This document shows positions 50,254-59,890 of a stretch of DNA of 64,000 bases, piece by piece. Under the pieces are notes generated by a model, which saw only the letters and a program-made list of their open reading frames with translations, searched no databases and was not told the DNA's origin. The translations under genes and the position numbers were made by a program. Location: the sequence record SRR31156797_1193. The stretch is one strand, 5' to 3'. The stretch's first letter is position 1; every line of letters begins with the position of its first letter.

Positions 50254-51447
50254 CTAAACTGTTAATGTTAATCTGTATCTGATTTTAGCAAGTACAAATA
50301 ATATAAATGCACCTACCAGATAGATACCTGAGTACATCAGTACATAGCCAGTATCACAGTTTGCCATCATTATTTCCTTGAAGCCGTGAAGCATAGAGTA
50401 TGTTGGGAAAAACTTCATCCATGCAGGGTCAAAGCTAGGGATATAATATGAGAAGCCCGGCAGCATCAGTATTATCATCATCGCATACAGTACGCCGAAT
50501 GACTTAGTCATTGAGTCAAAGAAACTTCCTATTAATAATCCTAGTGTAGACATTGCTGTAGTTGATGTAATCATGAAAAGCAGCAACAGCAGATAGTTGG
50601 GCTTTGCACCCATTACAGGGATAGTTACAATCAAAGACGCTATTACATTCGTAGTAAGTACTACTCCGATTTTTGACAGCAGATATGCATTTATATCCAC
50701 AGGGGTTACTGCCAGAGCCTTGATGACTCCTTCATCCTTATCAAGGAATACATATGCCATAATAATAAATATACACATTACAGCTCCTGAGAATGCTAAA
50801 TACAAGGGAATAAAGTTCTCTCTATTGTTTAGCCTTTCTACTATGCCTAAGTTTCTTATTTGCTGTTCATCAGCTTTTGCAGCTAAAGTATCTAAATCAT
50901 CATTGTGGACAACATATAGTATATTCCTGTATCTGTCGGTTTCATAGCCCTGAGTATAATACACATATTTTGCTTCATAACTTTCGTCAATGGTTATGAT
51001 AGCTCCAATATTCTTTTCGGTATATGACATCCTAACTGTGTCCTCGATACTATTCATTTTGTACAGAGTTTTCTCGAATTCACCAGTTTCTACGTCATAC
51101 ATTTCCAGAGTTTCAGCAGTTATTACAGTTTCATCATCGAAATTGTAAGTAGTAGTCTTACCAGTATCTAGACTCTCTACTGTAACTTCACCGATAGCTT
51201 TCACCTCAAATTCTGTATCCTCTGCAATTACAACTGAACCATCGTCAATATCTTCCTTTATAATATAGTCAAATACTTCTTCGCTCATATCATAGTAAAT
51301 GAATTCTTTTTCTTTGCTCTCTGGTTCAGGCTTAACCGCCACAAGGACAATGATAAGAACAACCACAGCCATAAATATTTCAATAAAGAAATAAAAGCCT
51401 CGTGCCGCTATCTTCATCTCCTTTAAATAATCGTACCAAAGTTTCAT
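50254..51447 (-). CDS. ABC exporter permease with large extracellular loop
   Basis: FLDKDEGVIKALAVTP, YLLSK, FFPTY; start ATG 51447 after GGAAGGGG. Confidence 0.85.
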   Translation of the reverse strand: MKLWYDYLKEMKIAARGFYFFIEIFMAVVVLIIVLVAVKPEPESKEKEFIYYDMSEEVFDYIIKEDIDDGSVVIAEDTEFEVKAIGEVTVESLDTGKTTTYNFDDETVITAETLEMYDVETGEFEKTLYKMNSIEDTVRMSYTEKNIGAIITIDESYEAKYVYYTQGYETDRYRNILYVVHNDDLDTLAAKADEQQIRNLGIVERLNNRENFIPLYLAFSGAVMCIFIIMAYVFLDKDEGVIKALAVTPVDINAYLLSKIGVVLTTNVIASLIVTIPVMGAKPNYLLLLLFMITSTTAMSTLGLLIGSFFDSMTKSFGVLYAMMIILMLPGFSYYIPSFDPAWMKFFPTYSMLHGFKEIMMANCDTGYVLMYSGIYLVGAFILFVLAKIRYRLTLTV

Positions 51448-51448
51448 G

Positions 51449-52309
51449 CTATACAAGCCCCCTTCCGGTTACTTGAATGAAAATCTCTTCCAATGTTGCT
51501 TCCTTAGTATGCATAGTCTGGATATTGTGATTCTTTATAATATCAGCTAGTTTTGCTCTGTCAGCTTCTTCGATAGTCTTATAAGTCTCTGAAACTACTT
51601 TATCGCCGTCAAAGTATTCAATATCCACCAGCTTTTGTCCATACTGCAGCTTTAAGTTCTTTGGTGTGTCAATCAGCTTGATTTCGCCATCAATAATGAA
51701 GGCTACACGATTACATAATTCATCAGCAATGTACATATTGTGTGTTGTCAAAAAGCATGTTGTACCACCTGCTGCCTGTTCTCTAATAACATTTTTGATA
51801 GTTGCAGCAATTGTTGGGTCCAGACCTGTTGTAGGTTCATCTAGGAACCAAAGCTCAGGGTTGTTTATCATTGATCTGGCAAAAGTCAGCCTGTGTTTCA
51901 TACCTTTGGAGAATTCTGCTGCACGGGTATTTTCCTTTCCAGTCAGCCCAACCAAATCAATCAACTCCTGTGTATCTCTTGTTGGTACATCAAACATCTT
52001 TGCATAGTGGACGAGGTTCTCCTTGGCTGTTAACTTACCATAGACATTTGACTGCTCGAATGATACGCCGATTTTGTTGAAGCGTTCATTCTGTACTTTC
52101 ATTACGTCATAGCCAGCTACCTTAACCTCTCCGCTTTGCTGCTTTAAGAGGCCAGTTAAAACACCCTGAGTAGTTGACTTACCTGCTCCTGAAGGTCCTA
52201 AAAATCCAAATGTTTCACCATTTTCTACCTCGAAGCTAATGTTGTTTACAGCAAGGACTCCATCCTTGTTGTATGAGTGGGATAAATTCTTTACTGAAAT
52301 CATATGCAA
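51449..52309 (-). CDS. ABC exporter ATP-binding protein
   Basis: GPSGAGKST, FSKGMK, LDEPTTGLD, EATLEEIFI. Confidence 0.93.
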   Translation of the reverse strand: MHMISVKNLSHSYNKDGVLAVNNISFEVENGETFGFLGPSGAGKSTTQGVLTGLLKQQSGEVKVAGYDVMKVQNERFNKIGVSFEQSNVYGKLTAKENLVHYAKMFDVPTRDTQELIDLVGLTGKENTRAAEFSKGMKHRLTFARSMINNPELWFLDEPTTGLDPTIAATIKNVIREQAAGGTTCFLTTHNMYIADELCNRVAFIIDGEIKLIDTPKNLKLQYGQKLVDIEYFDGDKVVSETYKTIEEADRAKLADIIKNHNIQTMHTKEATLEEIFIQVTGRGLV

Positions 52310-52315
52310 ATCCTC

Positions 52316-52954
52316 CTAAATTTTTTTCAAACCATTTTTTAATAAATCCATTAACAGATTTGTTGTTGCAATAATATTTTCTTCATCATCTGCAATATTC
52401 TCTACAGTGTCATTTTTTGAAGCATAGTATTCCATAGTATGAACCATAAGTGTTTGCATTATATAGGCAGTGAAGTCAATATCAATATCACTTCTAAGCT
52501 CTCCTCGTGATACTCCAAGCTTTATCAGCTTAGTATAAATGTTGTTTGCCAAATCGCTGGTTCCATCAAGTATTTCCTTAAAAACAGGATGATTTAGATT
52601 ACTCATCATCCAGGTTCCTACGGCAGATAGCTTTCTGTTGTCTTTCGCAAATTTAAACCCTGAATGAAATAATTCGTTCATTAGTGTAAAGAAATCATAT
52701 TCCATTGGATTTTGCAGAGTAGGGGTTACATACTCCATTTTCTTCTGCAGAGTTATTTCCATGATAATGTATAAGAACAAATCCTTTTTATCATTGAAAT
52801 ACTGATAAAAGCTTCCCTTTGATATACCTGATTTTTCAACTATTGTATTTATTGATGCCTTGTCAAAACCTAGTTCTGCAAACTCGTCTATTGCAACATC
52901 TTCCAATACTTTTCGCTTATCTTCAGGCAAATTATAAAACGTTTGCTTTGGCAT
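52316..52954 (-). CDS. TetR/AcrR family regulator
   Basis: MPKQTFYNL..., SGISKGSFYQYF; GGAG RBS before ATG 52954. Confidence 0.93.
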   Translation of the reverse strand: MPKQTFYNLPEDKRKVLEDVAIDEFAELGFDKASINTIVEKSGISKGSFYQYFNDKKDLFLYIIMEITLQKKMEYVTPTLQNPMEYDFFTLMNELFHSGFKFAKDNRKLSAVGTWMMSNLNHPVFKEILDGTSDLANNIYTKLIKLGVSRGELRSDIDIDFTAYIMQTLMVHTMEYYASKNDTVENIADDEENIIATTNLLMDLLKNGLKKI

Positions 52955-52970
52955 TTTTACCACTCCCATC

Positions 52971-53034
52971 GATGTGACCAGCAAGTCATATGACCTGATA
53001 GTCACATCATATTCCTATTTATTTAAGTTGTCAA
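52971..53034 (-). promoter_or_regulatory. promoter with tandem palindromic TetR operator
   Basis: TTGACA-17 nt-TATGAT (53034-53006) overlapping GATGTGAC-N6-GTCATATGAC-N6-GTCACATC (52971-53008). Confidence 0.8.
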
Positions 53035-53241
53035 TAGTTTGGAAAAATAATTTTTTCATATAGTATTTTTTTATTTTTTATTTACATTTGATAAGTTATT
53101 CGAAAATATTGATTACAATATGAATAAATGTAAACACGTATCTTTCTTATGTAATTTTATCTTGGATGAAATTCAGCAAAATATTTTATATGTAAAATAA
53201 TGTTTACGTTAATAATTAATAGATTGTTAAAATTTATACTA

Positions 53242-53298
53242 TTGACACTAAAAGTTAGTTATGTTAAACTTCCATTGAAAGCGTTAGATATAACTAAC
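53242..53298 (+). promoter_or_regulatory. feo promoter with DtxR-family-like boxes
   Basis: TTGACA-17 nt-TAAACT; GTTAG-N6-TAAAC (53254-53269) and GTTAG-N6-CTAAC (53283-53298). Confidence 0.7.
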
Positions 53299-53318
53299 TT
53301 ATGAAGTGGAGTGGGATA

Positions 53319-53534
53319 ATGAGTTTGTCAAATGGAAAAGCAAATATGACCTATACAGTGCGAGAGGTCGCAACAGACAAAGAGGATATGAAGGAATTTC
53401 TGTTTTCATTAGGATGTTATCCCGGTGAAAGAATCACTATCATTTCTAAATTTTCATCTAATTATATCATTAATGTAAAGGATTCAAGATATAGCATTGA
53501 TGATGAGCTTGCAAAGGTTATAATTATTCACTGA
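53319..53534 (+). CDS. feoA: ferrous iron transport protein A
   Basis: FLFSLGCYPGERIT, VKDSRYSIDDELAK; upstream of feoB. Confidence 0.88.
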   Translation: MSLSNGKANMTYTVREVATDKEDMKEFLFSLGCYPGERITIISKFSSNYIINVKDSRYSIDDELAKVIIIH

Positions 53535-53578
53535 TCTTTATGAACTGCATTTAATGCGATTAATTTTTAGGGAAACGA

Positions 53579-53594
53579 GTTAGCTGAAGCTAAC
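53579..53594. promoter_or_regulatory. third GTTAG-N6-CTAAC box between feoA and feoB
   Basis: GTTAGCTGAAGCTAAC. Confidence 0.6.
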
Positions 53595-53610
53595 AGCGAA
53601 AGGCACTATC

Positions 53611-55605
53611 ATGAAGATAGCACTGACAGGCAATCCGAATAGCGGTAAAACTACACTGTTTAATGCAATTACAGGAAAAATAGAATATGTTGGTAACTGG
53701 GCAGGCGTTACTGTTGAGAAAAAAGAGGCGAAAATCAAATCCAGCCTGAATTCAGATAATCTGGAATTAATAGCAGTAGATTTGCCAGGTGCGTATTCAA
53801 TGTCACCATACACCAGCGAAGAAAGCGTTACAAAGGATTTTATTATAGAAGAAAATCCTGATGTAATAATAAACGTGGTTGACTCTACTAATTTAAGCAG
53901 AAGTCTTTTTTTTACTACACAATTACTAGAGTTAGGCATTCCTGTAGTCATTGCTTTGAATAAATACGATATTACCAAGCGAAAAGGAAATATTATTAAT
54001 GCAGGTGAACTTAGCTTGTTGCTTCATTGTCCTGTTATAGAGACATGTGCAACAGCTGGTAATAGCAGCGGAATGAAGCTATTGATATCTGAGACTATAC
54101 GTCATGCTAAAAATCCTCATAAACAGATTCCTCCTAAAATTGACGGTGTCAAAGAGGCTAAATCAAAGAAACACTCTGAAGCAATTGACAAGAAAAGATA
54201 TGCATTCGTAAACAGGGTAGTATCCATTGCTGTAAAAAAGAAAGTAGATGCTACTAAGCTGACTAAGCAGGATGCTATTGACAGAATAATTGCAAATAAG
54301 TATTTTGGTATTCCAATATTTATCGGTATGATTTGGTTGATTTTTTCCATATCCCAAAGCTGGGTTGGACCGTGGTTTGCAGATATTATTGGAGATATAA
54401 TAAATAGTTTTTACTCACTTGTTGAGGGATGGATGGACAATAACGTAAATCCAGTATTAAAATCACTGTTGCTTGATGGAATTATTGGCGGTGTCGGTGC
54501 AGTATTGGGATTTTTACCGCTAATAATGACATTGTTCTTTTGCTTGGCGTTATTGGAGGACTGCGGTTATATGGCACGTGTTGCAGTAGTAATGGATAGA
54601 TATTTTAAAAAAGTCGGCTTATCAGGCAGAAGCGTAATACCTATGGTTGTTGGAACTGGATGTGCTGTACCCGGCATTATGGCAACAAGAACTATAAAAA
54701 GTGAAAGACAGCGAAAGACAACAGCACTTTTGACACCGTTTATGCCCTGTAGTGCAAAACTGCCTGTAATTGGTTTATTTGCAGGTACATTCTTTGCAGG
54801 TAATGCATGGATAGGTACATCAATGTATTTTGTCGGTATATTGGTAATAATTTTAGGTGCTGTAATTATACGACGCATAACAGGTGATACATCAAAATCC
54901 TATTTCATAATTGAATTACCAGAATATAGATTTCCCAGCATAAAAAGAGCTGCTATCTCAATGATGGATAGAGCAAAAGAATTTATTATAAAAGCCGGCA
55001 CGATTATTCTTATCTGCAATGTTATTATTCACATGACACAGGAATCCACATGGAGTTTTACCATTGCAGAAACTGCTAGTGAAAGCATTTTAGCATCGCT
55101 GGCAAACCCCGTGGCACTGCTCTTTATCCCTCTAGGATTTGGAATGTGGCAGTTTGCAGCAGCAACTATCACAGGCTTTATTGCCAAGGAAAACTTGGTT
55201 GGAACATTAGCTGTATGCTTCTCAATAACTAGTTTTGCCAGTGTTCAAGCAGCAGAAGGAGCAGCAGGTGTAGCTGGGATATTGGGAATAGGAACAGTTG
55301 CAGCATTGTCATATCTGATTTTTAATCTGTTTTCACCTCCATGCTTCGCTGCAATCGGAGCAATGAATGCAGAAATGGAATCAAGTAAATGGCTGTTTGG
55401 TGCTATAGCATTTCAACTGGCAATGGGATATACCTTGGCGTTTTTTGTATATCAGATAGGTACACTTATCATAACAGGAACAGTAGGAGAGGGATTTGTC
55501 GGTGGTGCAATAGCAGTTGCTATTATTGCAGGTATTATAGCTTACTTAATGCATAAGGGTACAAAAAGTGCAAAAGAGGAGCACACCAGAAAAGAGGCGG
55601 CATAA
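53611..55605 (+). CDS. feoB: ferrous iron transporter B
   Basis: GNPNSGKT, GNWAGVTVE, DLPG, NKYD, LEDCGYMAR, PFMPCSAK, PCFAAI. Confidence 0.97.
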   Translation: MKIALTGNPNSGKTTLFNAITGKIEYVGNWAGVTVEKKEAKIKSSLNSDNLELIAVDLPGAYSMSPYTSEESVTKDFIIEENPDVIINVVDSTNLSRSLFFTTQLLELGIPVVIALNKYDITKRKGNIINAGELSLLLHCPVIETCATAGNSSGMKLLISETIRHAKNPHKQIPPKIDGVKEAKSKKHSEAIDKKRYAFVNRVVSIAVKKKVDATKLTKQDAIDRIIANKYFGIPIFIGMIWLIFSISQSWVGPWFADIIGDIINSFYSLVEGWMDNNVNPVLKSLLLDGIIGGVGAVLGFLPLIMTLFFCLALLEDCGYMARVAVVMDRYFKKVGLSGRSVIPMVVGTGCAVPGIMATRTIKSERQRKTTALLTPFMPCSAKLPVIGLFAGTFFAGNAWIGTSMYFVGILVIILGAVIIRRITGDTSKSYFIIELPEYRFPSIKRAAISMMDRAKEFIIKAGTIILICNVIIHMTQESTWSFTIAETASESILASLANPVALLFIPLGFGMWQFAAATITGFIAKENLVGTLAVCFSITSFASVQAAEGAAGVAGILGIGTVAALSYLIFNLFSPPCFAAIGAMNAEMESSKWLFGAIAFQLAMGYTLAFFVYQIGTLIITGTVGEGFVGGAIAVAIIAGIIAYLMHKGTKSAKEEHTRKEAA

Positions 55606-55751
55606 TGAGCAGCGGTGATCTGATAGTTATTGGGGTTATAGCAATTATTATTTCTCTGGCTCTAATAAAGATTATAAAAGATAAAAAAAGAGGAAAATGC
55701 AGTACTGGATGTTCTAACTGTCCGTATAATGGTAAATGCCATGATATTTAA
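55605..55751 (+). CDS. FeoB-associated Cys-rich membrane protein (48 aa, not in the ORF track)
   Basis: TAATG overlap with feoB; TM helix then KKRGKCSTGCSNCPYNGKCH. Confidence 0.88.
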   Translation: MSSGDLIVIGVIAIIISLALIKIIKDKKRGKCSTGCSNCPYNGKCHDI

Positions 55752-55767
55752 TAAAAAGTATATATAA

Positions 55768-55801
55768 AAAATCCTTCTCATTTTTTGGGAAGGATTTTTT
55801 T
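55768..55801 (+). terminator. feo operon terminator
   Basis: AAATCCTTCTCA-TTTT-TGGGAAGGATTT plus T run. Confidence 0.8.
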
Positions 55802-55869
55802 GATTTTGTGGTATAATGGCTATTATTAATTAATTTAGGAATAATATTTAATACAATTACGGCTAAAGG

Positions 55870-56322
55870 GTGTATATGATGTTTAATAAAATATATGGAT
55901 TTATGAAATACTTAGGACTTACCATTGCAATAGCAGCAGTTGGACTATATATTAGGAATGGTGTATATAACAACTTAGGGTATAGTGTATTAATGCTAGT
56001 TTTGATAGTGCTGATACTTCTGACAGGGGTAGCAGATATACTCTCCAAACTCAGAAGAATAACATTTATAAAAGAACAAAATAGTGCATTAATAATTGGT
56101 CATATATCTATGATGCTGGGAGTTAGTGCAATGATAGCTTCCTTAATGAGCAGCAGAAATTATGAGCTGTCTTCCGCACTGAGCATAATTGCTATACTGA
56201 TAGTGTTTATGATAATTATGCTTTATATTTTACTTAGGATTTTTAATACACTGACTGCTTTGGTAGACTCAGCAAATGATAATAAGGAAACAGAAAGTGA
56301 GACAGATAATATAGATGAATGA
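55870..56322 (+). CDS. hypothetical four-TM membrane protein
   Basis: Hydrophobic ORF overlapping the hflX start; start codon uncertain (55870-55879). Confidence 0.65.
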   Translation: MYMMFNKIYGFMKYLGLTIAIAAVGLYIRNGVYNNLGYSVLMLVLIVLILLTGVADILSKLRRITFIKEQNSALIIGHISMMLGVSAMIASLMSSRNYELSSALSIIAILIVFMIIMLYILLRIFNTLTALVDSANDNKETESETDNIDE

Positions 56323-58132
56323 TAATGAGTATGGAAAAGTTCATGGTAATATTGACGGAATAAAGAAATCCACTCTTCGGAGATTAGAGGAATTATATTC
56401 CGCTGATATGGAATTATTGCGTCATAAATTTATCACAGATGACGTGACATTTGAACTTTGCCAGATAACGCAGCAGATAAATAGGGAAATTAGTATATAT
56501 ATTGCCAGAGACGGTATGGTTATGGATGTATCTATTGGTTCTCACGATAGAGTAGGACTGCCGGATATTAAGCTAAGGAGAGGTAAGCACAGGCTTATTG
56601 GTATTCGATGTATTCATACACATCCTAATTCCAGCGGAACTCTCTCTATGGTAGATATCAAGACACTAAAGCGTATGCGTTTTGACTCCATGGCGGCAAT
56701 AGGTGTAAAGGGTGGATTAGCTACTAGTTTTCAGGCAGCAATGCTGACAGAGTTATTGGAAGATGGTGATTATAATTGTACATTGTATGGACCATATCAG
56801 TACACAAGTATTCCTCATCAGCAGCTCTTAGATGAGATAGATTATGCTGCCAGTCAGATTGATGCATCAGCCAGAATATTAGATAAGATTGAAGATGTCA
56901 GTGAGAAGGCAATACTAGTCGGTGTTGATATGAATGGCACTGGCGAGGAATCTCTTGAGGAGTTAGAAAGGCTGGCAGATACGGCAGGAGCAATTGTTGT
57001 ACATAAGGAATTGCAAAATAGAAGTAAAATAGATATTGCCACATATATTGGCAGAGGCAAAGCGGAGGAATTATCTCTCCTTCGTCAGAGTATTGAAGCG
57101 AATCTATTTATATTTGATGAAGAGTTAACAGGTGCACAGCTAAAGAATCTTGAAAGTTTATTAGGCTGTGATGTAATCGACAGAACTGCACTGATATTGG
57201 ATATTTTCGCCGGTAGAGCAACTACTCAAGAGGGAAAACTTCAGGTGGAATTGGCTCAATATAAATACAGACTGCCAAGGCTTTCGGGTATCGGTCATGA
57301 GCTTTCCAGGCTAGGAGGCGGAATTGGTACCAGAGGACCTGGTGAAACCAAGCTGGAAACAGACAGGCGAAATATCAGAAACCGTATACATGACTTGGAA
57401 ATGCAGGTTAAGAAGTTAAAAAAACGCAGAGATATCAACAGAGCACAAAGAATAAAGAATAAAGTTCCAATCATTGCATTGGTGGGATATACTAATGCTG
57501 GAAAGTCCACTTTGCTAAATGCTATGACAGACAGCGATGTATTTGCTGAAGATAAATTGTTTGCTACACTTGATCCAGTGACAAGGAGTACTACGATGCC
57601 AAACGGTACTGAAATATTAGTGACTGATACCGTTGGATTTGTAAACAAACTGCCACATGATTTGATAGACGCTTTTCGCTCTACATTAGAGGAAGCTACA
57701 TTTGCAGATGTATTAATTCATGTAGTTGATGCCAGCTCCAGCCAATCAGAGATGCAGTTCAAGGTAGCTCTTGATGTGTTATCATCTTTAGGAGCAGGGG
57801 AGAAGAAGCGAATATTAGCACTTAATAAAATTGATTTAATTGGGGATGATACGCTATCTTTGTTTGAAAATGAAAAAGTCGTTGAAATTAGTGCAAAGAC
57901 TAAAGACGGTATTGATACGCTGTATGAAGCAATAGAGGAAATACTGAACGAAGGTACAGAGGAAATCGAATTAGTTGTACCATATGCTAATGGCGCATTG
58001 ACAAATTACATTCACCAGAATGCTGAGGTGATTTCTCAGGAATTTATTGATTCAGGCACTAAATTCCTCATTAGAGTAGATAATGAAGCTAAGATGAAAA
58101 TAAAGAGCATGCTAGATGATTCAAATATCTAA
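56315..58132 (+). CDS. hflX: ribosome-splitting GTPase HflX, long form
   Basis: DRTALILDIFA, GGGIGTRGPGE, GYTNAGKST, LFATLD, DTVGF, NKID; about 190-aa N-terminal extension. Confidence 0.95.
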   Translation: MNDNEYGKVHGNIDGIKKSTLRRLEELYSADMELLRHKFITDDVTFELCQITQQINREISIYIARDGMVMDVSIGSHDRVGLPDIKLRRGKHRLIGIRCIHTHPNSSGTLSMVDIKTLKRMRFDSMAAIGVKGGLATSFQAAMLTELLEDGDYNCTLYGPYQYTSIPHQQLLDEIDYAASQIDASARILDKIEDVSEKAILVGVDMNGTGEESLEELERLADTAGAIVVHKELQNRSKIDIATYIGRGKAEELSLLRQSIEANLFIFDEELTGAQLKNLESLLGCDVIDRTALILDIFAGRATTQEGKLQVELAQYKYRLPRLSGIGHELSRLGGGIGTRGPGETKLETDRRNIRNRIHDLEMQVKKLKKRRDINRAQRIKNKVPIIALVGYTNAGKSTLLNAMTDSDVFAEDKLFATLDPVTRSTTMPNGTEILVTDTVGFVNKLPHDLIDAFRSTLEEATFADVLIHVVDASSSQSEMQFKVALDVLSSLGAGEKKRILALNKIDLIGDDTLSLFENEKVVEISAKTKDGIDTLYEAIEEILNEGTEEIELVVPYANGALTNYIHQNAEVISQEFIDSGTKFLIRVDNEAKMKIKSMLDDSNI

Positions 58133-59849
58133 GAATAAAATATGTCTGGTAGCAATAAATGCCCAGTATATCCATACCAATCTGGCAGTCAGGCTGCTTA
58201 AGAATCTGGATACTAATGATAGGACACTGGTGCTGGAACATACTATAAATACAAATATCAACAATATATTGGATGATATTATGCTTCGAGAGCCTGTATG
58301 CGTAATGTTTTCCGTCTATATTTGGAATATTAATTATGTGATGATTCTTGCAGACAGCATCAAGAAGATCTCACCAGAAACAATAATAATAGTATCAGGT
58401 CCTGAAGTCAGTCATAATGGAATATCAATACTAGAACAGCATCAAGCTGTTGATATTGTATCTTTTGCTATCGGTGAGATTAACTTTACCAGCATAATCG
58501 ATGCAGTATATAATAAGGATTTCTCTAATGTTGATGGTATTTTTTATCGTGAAAATGATAAAATACTGCATAATGATGTAATGACCACATACAGCATAAA
58601 TCAACAGGAATTCCCTTATTATGATATCGAGAATGTAAAGGATAAAATCCTGTATTTTGAAACTAGCAGGGGATGTCCATTTAACTGTAGTTATTGTATG
58701 TCAGGCGATTCAGCAAAGATAGATTTGATGAATCTAGATATTGTAAGAAAAATGCTAAAGCGATTTGTAGAAAGTAATTGTAAGCAAGTTAAATTTGTTG
58801 ACAGAACGTTTAATTATCCTATACAAAGAGCTATTGAAATAATCAGGATAATAAATGAGTTAAAAAAGGAATACCCTGACAGTCCTACTTCATTTCATTG
58901 CGAGATTAATCCCAGTATAATAACCAAAGAATTCCTAGACGTACTTTCTACGCTTCCCAAAAATCTAGTACAATTCGAAATTGGTATACAATCAACTAAT
59001 GATGATACGCTGGAGGCAATATCCAGGAAATGCAATGTCAAAAAGCAGATTGAGAATATTAAAAAAATTATTGCTTTGAATAACATAAAAACCTATGTGG
59101 ATTTGATAGCAGGACTGCCCTATGAAACCTATAATATTTTCAAAGATTCATTTAATGCGGTATATAAAACAAACTGTGATGTAATTCATCTTGGCTTCCT
59201 CAAAATCTTAAAAGGTTCGAAAATGGAAAAAGAGTGCGAAGAGCATGGCATTATCTACAGGGACTATCCTCCCTATGAGATACTGAGGAGCGATTATATA
59301 AGCTATAGTAAACTCAGTAAATTGAAAAAAATTGAACAGCTGGTAGATACATATAAGAATTCTGGCAATTTTGCCAACACTCTAAATTATGCTATCAGTA
59401 ATTTTGAAACATCATTTATGTTCTTTGAAATGTATTGTGGATTTCTGCTAGATAATGATTACTTTGGCAGACCTCATAAATTCACATATTATTATGACAT
59501 GATTTTTGATTTTCTTTCCTGTATCAGCAGTGTGGATATTGATTATCTAAAGGAAATAATTCTTCATGATTATTCATTAAATTCAAAACCTAGAAATTAT
59601 CCTCAATGTTTAGGTGAAGTTGTAAGTGATTATAAGAAAGAAGTTATTAGAGAATTCTATAATAATGAGGAACTGACAACAAAGCATTTGCCTGAGTATG
59701 CCGGTCTTACACCTAGTACAATGAGCCGTCAATGCAATATCGAGATATTTAATTATGATTTGTATAACTGTAAGCATCTAGATAAACCCTACCTTATACT
59801 CTATAAATATAAAGGGGAAAAGTCGTTTACTATAATTGAAGATTATTAA
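58116..59849 (+). CDS. B12-binding radical SAM protein with DUF4080-like C-terminus
   Basis: YIHTNLA, SVYIWN, GPEVS, RGCPFNCSYC, FVDRTFN, EIGIQS. Confidence 0.9.
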   Translation: MIQISKNKICLVAINAQYIHTNLAVRLLKNLDTNDRTLVLEHTINTNINNILDDIMLREPVCVMFSVYIWNINYVMILADSIKKISPETIIIVSGPEVSHNGISILEQHQAVDIVSFAIGEINFTSIIDAVYNKDFSNVDGIFYRENDKILHNDVMTTYSINQQEFPYYDIENVKDKILYFETSRGCPFNCSYCMSGDSAKIDLMNLDIVRKMLKRFVESNCKQVKFVDRTFNYPIQRAIEIIRIINELKKEYPDSPTSFHCEINPSIITKEFLDVLSTLPKNLVQFEIGIQSTNDDTLEAISRKCNVKKQIENIKKIIALNNIKTYVDLIAGLPYETYNIFKDSFNAVYKTNCDVIHLGFLKILKGSKMEKECEEHGIIYRDYPPYEILRSDYISYSKLSKLKKIEQLVDTYKNSGNFANTLNYAISNFETSFMFFEMYCGFLLDNDYFGRPHKFTYYYDMIFDFLSCISSVDIDYLKEIILHDYSLNSKPRNYPQCLGEVVSDYKKEVIREFYNNEELTTKHLPEYAGLTPSTMSRQCNIEIFNYDLYNCKHLDKPYLILYKYKGEKSFTIIEDY

Positions 59850-59880
59850 AGGCACACTAACTTAATAGCGTGCCTTTTCT
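59848..59880. terminator. bidirectional terminator
   Basis: AAAGGCACACTA-ACTTAA-TAGCGTGCCTTTT. Confidence 0.75.
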
Positions 59881-59890
59881 TTTAATATGT

